Shown in pieces: positions 17,372 to 23,349 of a stretch of 32,633 nucleotides of DNA (position 1 is its first letter; every line of letters starts with the position of its first letter). Below the pieces are notes generated by a model that was not told where the DNA came from, did no database searches, and saw only the letters and a list, made by a program, of their open reading frames with translations. Location of the stretch: NCBI GenBank assembly GCA_964368105.1, contig CAYJAE010000002.1, forward strand, positions 1 through 32,633, written 5' to 3'. Origin of the DNA: an uncultured Staphylococcaceae bacterium. GTDB taxonomy: Bacteria; Bacillota_I; Bacilli_A; RFN20; CAG-826. Position numbers and translations under genes: made by a program.

Positions 17372-18306
17372 CCTTTCTCAATATTTATGAATCCTGTTGG
17401 TTTTCTTTCAGCTCGAACCCAATGCGGATTAATATGTATTTTAACGTATTCTCTATTTTCCCATCTTTTGCCAATAATGCCAAAGAGAAGTTGTGTAGCG
17501 CCGCCACTTTGGATAGCGGTCTTGCCTATTTCTTTAATATAAAGGCATAACGGAGTGCCGTAAGCTCCCGCACCAACGAGAGCAATATCAAAATCAACTT
17601 TAAGTATTTCAATTTTTAAATAGTCAAGCGCTTCAAACCAATTAATAAACCGCTCGTCTTCCCCATCGCCATTCGTCAGCATTGTTTCAATCGTCACAAG
17701 TTCAAATTCCGGCAGTATATTAGGGTCTTTATTAAAGAGCAGATGTCGTTTTTGATATTGTTCTTCGATTTGCTTGGCAAAAGGAGAAATAACTAAGACT
17801 TTCTTACCAGCAAGCAGGTGTGACCACCCGCCAAGTAAGGGATCAAGACTCCAATTTTGAACCGGAACAGCGTATGGAGTTAAATATTTAAAATAGTAAT
17901 TTTCCATATGAAGACCGCTAATGCCTAAATAATCGGTTTCTTTTAAATGTTCAATCATATATTTAGCGTAGTGGGTAATAATCTCTTTGGTGGGTGGAAA
18001 AACGCCAGCATTATTCTTAATACTCGAAACAACGCTCTTTTTATATTTAAAAGCGAAGTTAAAGCGAATCTTTTCATAGTTATTAATTGCACTAAGTTCA
18101 ACTGCGCCAAAACGAACCGCTGCAAATGGTTCACCTTTTTTAATGGCTTCTTCAATATTAGTGTTACTTTCTTTAAACGGAATTTCTTTATATTTACCAA
18201 TCCGGTCAGTCCGTGGTTTAATCTTAAAAAACTTGTATTTCAACACACTAACGGAACTTTTTAAAAATTCAAGAACGTAAGTTCTTCTTGTTCGCTTCAT
18301 ATTCAT
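17359..18306 (-). CDS. Putative GT-D (DUF1792-like) glycosyltransferase
   Basis: 315 aa, soluble. FAAVRFGAVELS...VLVISPF...GDGEDE...ALVGAGAYG resembles DUF1792/SP_1767-type enzymes. The assignment is from memory of the family pattern only. Confidence 0.5.
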   Translation of the reverse strand: MNMKRTRRTYVLEFLKSSVSVLKYKFFKIKPRTDRIGKYKEIPFKESNTNIEEAIKKGEPFAAVRFGAVELSAINNYEKIRFNFAFKYKKSVVSSIKNNAGVFPPTKEIITHYAKYMIEHLKETDYLGISGLHMENYYFKYLTPYAVPVQNWSLDPLLGGWSHLLAGKKVLVISPFAKQIEEQYQKRHLLFNKDPNILPEFELVTIETMLTNGDGEDERFINWFEALDYLKIEILKVDFDIALVGAGAYGTPLCLYIKEIGKTAIQSGGATQLLFGIIGKRWENREYVKIHINPHWVRAERKPTGFINIEKGCYW

Positions 18307-18318
18307 TATCTTATCATA

Positions 18319-19005
18319 CTATTTTTCAATAATCTTCTTAAAAATATAACTTGCAATAGCTAGTCCTGCAGCGGGCGGAACAAAAGAAGTGCTGCCTGGT
18401 TTAAATCCCTTATTCGGGCTTGGGAGTTCGCTTGATGTAACGACCGTTAAACCTTTTAGCTGTTCCTTTGCTAATTCAAGTCTAACTTTCTTCGCAAGCG
18501 GATCACCGGAAGTTTTACTAATATCAGTAATAAAAACTTTAGTGGGATCAAAGCGATTACCAGCGCCCATTGCGCTAATAAGTGGTATTTTGTTAATAAT
18601 ACAATATTTAATTAAGGCCATTTTTGCCGGGAAATCATCAATCGCATCAATAACAAAATCATACTTTTCTAAATTAAATTCATTGATGTTTTGGGCACTT
18701 ACTGCGGTATAAAGCGGCTCAATCGCGCAATCTAGGTCTATTTCAAGCATTCGCGCTTTTGCCGCTTCTACTTTTGGTTCTCCAAGATTTTTAGAAGTAG
18801 CAATGAGTTGCCGGTTTAAATTAGATTCTTCGACGACGTCACGGTCCACGATTGTAATAGTGCGAAACCCAGCACGTACTAAACTTTCCAGCGCTTGACC
18901 ACCAACCCCGCCGACACCAAAAACAATTAGTTTACTTTTGCCTACCTTTAAAAAAGCTGCTTCATCCACAAGTTGCATGATTCTTTCATATCGCTTAGTG
19001 TTCAT
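18319..19005 (-). CDS. tcdA: ThiF/E1-like tRNA threonylcarbamoyladenosine dehydratase (TcdA/CsdL family)
   Basis: 228 aa from ATG 19005 (MNTKRYERIMQL...). Has a Rossmann GVGGVGG motif followed by IVDRDVVEESNLNRQ. The longer track ORF (to 19080) overlaps the upstream gene and is rejected. Confidence 0.8.
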   Translation of the reverse strand: MNTKRYERIMQLVDEAAFLKVGKSKLIVFGVGGVGGQALESLVRAGFRTITIVDRDVVEESNLNRQLIATSKNLGEPKVEAAKARMLEIDLDCAIEPLYTAVSAQNINEFNLEKYDFVIDAIDDFPAKMALIKYCIINKIPLISAMGAGNRFDPTKVFITDISKTSGDPLAKKVRLELAKEQLKGLTVVTSSELPSPNKGFKPGSTSFVPPAAGLAIASYIFKKIIEK

Positions 19006-19936
19006 CAATAAAACTTTTAACCTCATTAAAATAGAGTTCATGATTTTCCAAGTAACTCCCACAATGTTCTGCTCCGACAATTGACACTAATTTTTTATCC
19101 TTGACTGAGAGTGCTTTAAAATTCTTCACTGACATATTAAAAGGAACAAAATTATCATCAGTGCCGTGAATAAATAAAACAGGAATTGATTCATTCTTTT
19201 TGAGTTCTTGACTGACTTTCATTTCTTTTAAATTAAAGCCGCCCTGCACGCGGGCAAAAATGTTAACACCCCAAAATAGAAAGCTCGGGCGAATCTTTAA
19301 AATGCGCTTGCCAACATAGAGTAAAACCCCTTTTGTTCCCGAATACCCACAGTCAGCAATAACGCCTTTAAAACTCTGTGGTAATCCGTTTAGCGCCGTC
19401 ACCATTAAACTAGTCGCAGCGCCCATACTAACGCCGTGGAGATAAACATCCTTTTGGCCATTAAATCTTTTTTCTAAGTAAAACAGCCATTCTCGCACAT
19501 CAAAGCGTTCAAAAATACCAAAAGAAGAAAACTTTCCTTCACTCTCGCCACATGAACGTTGATCAATAATTAAAAGTGAAACACCAAGGTCTTGATAAAG
19601 ACGTCCAAGATAACCAATGTCGTGTAAGCCATGGGAATAATAACCATGGACAAAAACAACAATTTTGTTACTTTCTTTATTCTCATAGAAAACTCCACTT
19701 AATTTAACATTGCTACTTTCAATACTAATCTTTTCTCCAGCTAACTCTTTATAAAAAAGTTGGGCTTTTTTAATTTCGGGGACGTGTTTTTTAAAATTCT
19801 TCGTAAAGAGTGGTTGCATATATACTATCGGAACTGGGAGTGGGCGGCGAAAAAGAATATTAAAAGTTGTAAAAGCAAAAACAAAATATGCTCCAATAAG
19901 AAGAATAACCGCAAGAAGAGCATATGGCCACCACAT
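18995..19936 (-). CDS. Membrane-anchored alpha/beta hydrolase
   Basis: 313 aa. Has an N-terminal TM helix, the HG oxyanion motif VFVHGY, the nucleophile elbow GVSMG, and C-terminal HGTDD and H residues for the triad. Confidence 0.8.
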   Translation of the reverse strand: MWWPYALLAVILLIGAYFVFAFTTFNILFRRPLPVPIVYMQPLFTKNFKKHVPEIKKAQLFYKELAGEKISIESSNVKLSGVFYENKESNKIVVFVHGYYSHGLHDIGYLGRLYQDLGVSLLIIDQRSCGESEGKFSSFGIFERFDVREWLFYLEKRFNGQKDVYLHGVSMGAATSLMVTALNGLPQSFKGVIADCGYSGTKGVLLYVGKRILKIRPSFLFWGVNIFARVQGGFNLKEMKVSQELKKNESIPVLFIHGTDDNFVPFNMSVKNFKALSVKDKKLVSIVGAEHCGSYLENHELYFNEVKSFIDEH

Positions 19937-19942
19937 GAGTAA

Positions 19943-19948
19943 ATTATA
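19943..19948 (-). promoter_or_regulatory. -10 box TATAAT, 6 nt upstream of the hydrolase ATG, no SD (leaderless-type)
   Basis: The - strand reads aaaaaaaagatataat-ttactc-ATG. Confidence 0.45.
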
Positions 19949-19960
19949 TCTTTTTTTTAT

Positions 19961-20001
19961 AAAATAAAAAAGACAACCGAAGTTTAGTGTTTTGGTTGTC
20001 T
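19961..20001 (-). terminator. Rho-independent terminator downstream of the phosphofructokinase gene
   Basis: Perfect 8-bp stem AGACAACC (19971..19978) / GGTTGTCT (19994..20001), extendable by A-U pairs, with a 15-nt loop. A U-rich tract follows on the - strand (plus-strand aaaataaaaa, 19961..19970). Confidence 0.7.
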
Positions 20002-20014
20002 TTTATTAATTAAC

Positions 20015-21223
20015 TTAGGAAACTTTAACTTTTTTTAAGATTGTATAACGAGCTATTCCACCTTCTAAATCAAACTTAATTGGTTTAGCAATAAGGGGAG
20101 TTAAGTATTCACTAAAGAGTTTACCGCCATTATTGACGTCTTTAATTAATTCTGGGGACATTTTATGTTCAACGTTCGCAATACCACGTAAGTTTTTAAG
20201 TTTGTAACTTACTTTGTATTCTTTTCCTGGTAAACGGTCAATAATAACCATCATTCCTGATTTACCGGACACGATTTTCTTAACCGCCATCGTTGAAACT
20301 TTAATTGCTTCTTTTTGGTCGATTTCACTAATTGCAAATGTTCCAGCGCGTTGAAGAAGACTAAATTCGATTGGCCGAGTGGAGTAACCTAAACGATCTT
20401 TAACAATTCCTGCGAGTTGGGTGCAGAATCCGCCAAGTTGCATATGACCAAATGAGTCAACGGCTTTATTAACCGCTGGCATTTGGGCTTCAATTCCTTC
20501 ACTAACCACAAAGAGGGCTCTTTTTTTGCTTTCATAAGCTTCTTTTGCTTTTACTAAGAACTCTTCAAGGTCAAATTTTTCTTCAGGAAGATAAATATAA
20601 TCTGGTTTAAGGTCTGGATCTTGGATTAAACTTGCCGCAGCGGTAAGCCAGCCAGCATGACGGCCCATAACTTCAACAATAACGAATTTTGATTTGCTAT
20701 ACACTTTGTTATCTAAGGCAATGTCTTGAATACTTTGGACAACGTAACGCGCTGCACTTGGGTAACCTAAACAGTGATCAGTATAAGCTAAGTCATTATC
20801 AACGGTTTTAGGAATACCAATAACGCGAACATCCGCATTTGCTTTGCGGAAGAAGGTTGATAATTTGTAACAAGTATCCATTGAATCATTACCGCCATTA
20901 ACAAGAACATAACCAATATTATGTTTTTGAACGGTTTTTAAGATTTTTTGATAATCTTCATGATTAATATCACCACTTAATTTATAACGAGTTGTTCCTA
21001 AAGCCGCAGCGGGAGTTTGCTTTAATAATTCGATTTGCGCTTCGTCTTCCTTCCGTAAATCAATTAAGTTGTCGTATAAAAGTCCTTCAATGCCATTTAA
21101 ACTTCCATAAATTCCGCCGATATGGTCCGTTTGGCGTTTTGCTTCTTTAATAACACCATAAAACGAAGTGTTAATGATTGCGGTTGGTCCGCCTGATTGG
21201 AAATACACTAATGCTTTTTTCAT
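20015..21223 (-). CDS. pfp: 6-phosphofructokinase, predicted pyrophosphate-dependent type
   Basis: 402 aa in the PFK-A family. GGND113S occupies the place of GGDGS, and PK139TVDND the place of PGTIDND. The Asp and Lys at these two positions are the classical PPi-PFK discriminators. Confidence 0.85.
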   Translation of the reverse strand: MKKALVYFQSGGPTAIINTSFYGVIKEAKRQTDHIGGIYGSLNGIEGLLYDNLIDLRKEDEAQIELLKQTPAAALGTTRYKLSGDINHEDYQKILKTVQKHNIGYVLVNGGNDSMDTCYKLSTFFRKANADVRVIGIPKTVDNDLAYTDHCLGYPSAARYVVQSIQDIALDNKVYSKSKFVIVEVMGRHAGWLTAAASLIQDPDLKPDYIYLPEEKFDLEEFLVKAKEAYESKKRALFVVSEGIEAQMPAVNKAVDSFGHMQLGGFCTQLAGIVKDRLGYSTRPIEFSLLQRAGTFAISEIDQKEAIKVSTMAVKKIVSGKSGMMVIIDRLPGKEYKVSYKLKNLRGIANVEHKMSPELIKDVNNGGKLFSEYLTPLIAKPIKFDLEGGIARYTILKKVKVS

Positions 21224-21248
21224 TTTTTGCTCCTTTTTTATCCGTAAA

Positions 21249-21257
21249 ATTATAACA
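21249..21257 (-). promoter_or_regulatory. Extended -10 element TGTTATAAT upstream of pfp (normal leader with SD AAGGAG)
   Basis: The - strand reads tgttataat-tttacggataaaaaaggagcaaaaa-ATG. Confidence 0.5.
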
Positions 21258-21267
21258 TGAGACGATT

Positions 21268-22476
21268 TTAAATTCTATCAATAGCGGAAAGTTCTTTGGT
21301 TAAATCCTTAACTCGACGCTTCGCAACTTGCTTGGAAATAATACCTTTTAAAAACTCGTGAATAATAGTTGCGGTCTCCCGGGCCCCCTCAGTCATTAGT
21401 CCGCGCGTCGTCACCGCTGCAAAACCAAGCCGTAATCCAGAAGTTGTATTTGGCCGCTCGTCATCCTTCGGCAGCATATTCTTGTTCGTCGTAATATTAA
21501 TTTCTTCTAACATTGTTTCTGCTTCTTTTCCGGTTAATCCGTAAGAGGCTTTAGTGTTTAGTAAGAAGAGGTGGGTTTCACTCTTACTTGCAACCGCACC
21601 AAACTTAATGAATGTATCAGAAGCAGTTTCAGTATTAAGTAAAACTTGATCAATATAAGTAGTAAATTCTGGTTGAAGCGCTTCGTAAAATGCTTGTGCT
21701 TTCGCCCCAATAATATTTTCAAGTGGTCCACCTTGCATTCCTGGGAAAGTATTAAAATTAACTTTTTTAATAATTTCTTCACTGTTAGTTAGAATGATTC
21801 CGCCACGTGGCCCACGTAGTGTTTTGTGAGTAGTAGAAGTAACAATATCAGCGTGTGGAAAAGGGTTTTGATGCCTTTTTGCCGCGATTAAGCCTGCAAT
21901 ATGCGCCATATCGACCATAAAGTAAGCATTGATGCTTTTTGCAATTTCGCCAATCCGTTTGAAGTCAATTGCAAAAGGATAGGCAGAGAATCCCGCAAGA
22001 ATTAGTTTTGGTTGGAGACTCTTTGCAAGCTCTTGTAAACCGTCATAATCAATCCGTCCGTCATCGAGTAAATGATAATGCGTAACCTCGTAATGTTTTG
22101 AAGAAAAGTTAACCGGACTACCATGCGTTAAGTGTCCACCTTCATTAAGTGAAAGCGTTAAAATCTTATCACCCATTTCGAGGACACTAGCGTAAGCAAT
22201 CATATTAGCACTGCTGCCACTATGCGGTTGAACATTAGCGAATTTTGCGCCAAATAATTCGGTGACTAAATCAATCGCGGTTTGTTCAATTTCGTCAATA
22301 TAACGGCAACCACCGTAATATCTTCGTCCGGGATAGCCTTCCGCATATTTGTTGGTTAAGATTGATCCTGCTAAGGCTCGAACTTTTTTACTTGTAAAAT
22401 TTTCACTAGCAATTAATTCAAGTCCATCATTTTGCCGTTTTGTTTCTGCTTTTAAAAGTTTTAATAATTTATCCAT
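21268..22476 (-). CDS. glyA: Serine hydroxymethyltransferase
   Basis: 402 aa. Has the PLP-lysine motif TSTTHKTLRGPRGG and ELIASENF near the N-terminus. Confidence 0.95.
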   Translation of the reverse strand: MDKLLKLLKAETKRQNDGLELIASENFTSKKVRALAGSILTNKYAEGYPGRRYYGGCRYIDEIEQTAIDLVTELFGAKFANVQPHSGSSANMIAYASVLEMGDKILTLSLNEGGHLTHGSPVNFSSKHYEVTHYHLLDDGRIDYDGLQELAKSLQPKLILAGFSAYPFAIDFKRIGEIAKSINAYFMVDMAHIAGLIAAKRHQNPFPHADIVTSTTHKTLRGPRGGIILTNSEEIIKKVNFNTFPGMQGGPLENIIGAKAQAFYEALQPEFTTYIDQVLLNTETASDTFIKFGAVASKSETHLFLLNTKASYGLTGKEAETMLEEINITTNKNMLPKDDERPNTTSGLRLGFAAVTTRGLMTEGARETATIIHEFLKGIISKQVAKRRVKDLTKELSAIDRI

Positions 22477-22499
22477 AATTTAATTCTCCATCGCCTTTA

Positions 22500-22505
22500 A
22501 TTATA
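22500..22505 (-). promoter_or_regulatory. -10 box TATAAT upstream of glyA (leader with SD GGAGAA)
   Basis: The - strand reads tgtttataat-taaaggcgatggagaattaaatt-ATG. Confidence 0.4.
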
Positions 22506-22528
22506 AACAAATAATGAAGAAGGGCATC

Positions 22529-22580
22529 AAAAAAGCCCACTGCAATGAGTTTTAAGTAAACTTTCCTCACTGGAGTGGGT
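22529..22580 (-). terminator. Rho-independent terminator closing the TIR-NACHT/MBL operon
   Basis: Arms 22535..22549 and 22566..22580 form a stem of about 14 bp. On the - strand RNA it has one mismatch and one G-U pair. It is followed by U6 (plus-strand A6 at 22529..22534). It starts 21 nt after the MBL gene stop. Confidence 0.75.
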
Positions 22581-22601
22581 TTTCGTATTTCATTTAGGAC
22601 A

Positions 22602-23348
22602 TCAAACGTCAAATTTTAGATTATCCGCCCCACAGATGATGCCCCGGTCCTCTAAAGTTTTTTTGTAGAGTTCATAGGCTGCGCCTTCAATCGCAGGATT
22701 TTGGTGGATAGCCACTAACTTCGCTTTAACTTCATTATGATCTAAATAGTTAAAAATTGTTTCGATTGGTGTGTGCATATGACCAGTTGTCGCAGCAAAG
22801 TCCCAAATTTCGATAAAAGCGAGTTTAAACTTATTTAATGGTCTTTCACTTTGAGCAAAATCATTATCAGTCGACACTAAGATTTCATCATTAATATTGA
22901 AACTGTAACTTTGATCACTATGAACATTAGCGTAAAAAGAAACTTTGGTTTTGCCAAGGTGGATAACATCATGTTCAGTGTAAGAGACAAACTTCGCGCG
23001 GTTTACAACTCCAGTTATAGAACCTCCCACATAAGGTGACTTATAGTAAGCTTGTAACAGTTCTCCTGGGGTTTTATTATAAGCATCGGCACTATAAATA
23101 ACGAGTTTATCATGGAGTTTTAGCTCTTCAATTAGGGTTAAACCTAAAGTGTGATCATAGTGATAATGTGATAAAAAGAGGTAGATTTTGTCGTATTTAT
23201 TAACAATATCGATGTATTTCTTTAAATTTAGCAGCCCTGTTCCAGCGTCAATTATGATACATGTTTCTTCGTCATAAATTAAGACTGACGTCGTTTCTTG
23301 GCCGCGTGAATGATACCAGCCATTACTTCCAAGTAAGATTACTTTCAT
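22602..23348 (-). CDS. Metallo-beta-lactamase-fold hydrolase (RNase Z/phosphodiesterase-like), coupled to the TIR-NACHT gene
   Basis: 248 aa. Starts LLGSNGWY...ETTSVLI...IIIDAGTG, then has H61-Y-H-Y-D65-H66 (HxHxDH). Later candidate metal ligands are H143, D161, H190/H192 and H215. The ATG is 1 nt after the TIR gene stop, and SD AAGGAG lies inside the upstream gene. Confidence 0.85.
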   Translation of the reverse strand: MKVILLGSNGWYHSRGQETTSVLIYDEETCIIIDAGTGLLNLKKYIDIVNKYDKIYLFLSHYHYDHTLGLTLIEELKLHDKLVIYSADAYNKTPGELLQAYYKSPYVGGSITGVVNRAKFVSYTEHDVIHLGKTKVSFYANVHSDQSYSFNINDEILVSTDNDFAQSERPLNKFKLAFIEIWDFAATTGHMHTPIETIFNYLDHNEVKAKLVAIHQNPAIEGAAYELYKKTLEDRGIICGADNLKFDV

Positions 23349-23349
23349 C

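Noticed and set aside
19006-19080. Longer TcdA ORF starting at 19080
   Set aside because: It would overlap the hydrolase gene by 86 nt. TcdA-family N-termini begin close to the R-Y/F-x-R/G motif reached from ATG 19005.
22477-22601. Possible riboswitch or T-box leader upstream of glyA
   Set aside because: The only strong structure is the U-tailed hairpin that terminates the upstream MBL gene. The rest is a short promoter and SD leader. I saw no THF, ZTP or T-box signature sequences.
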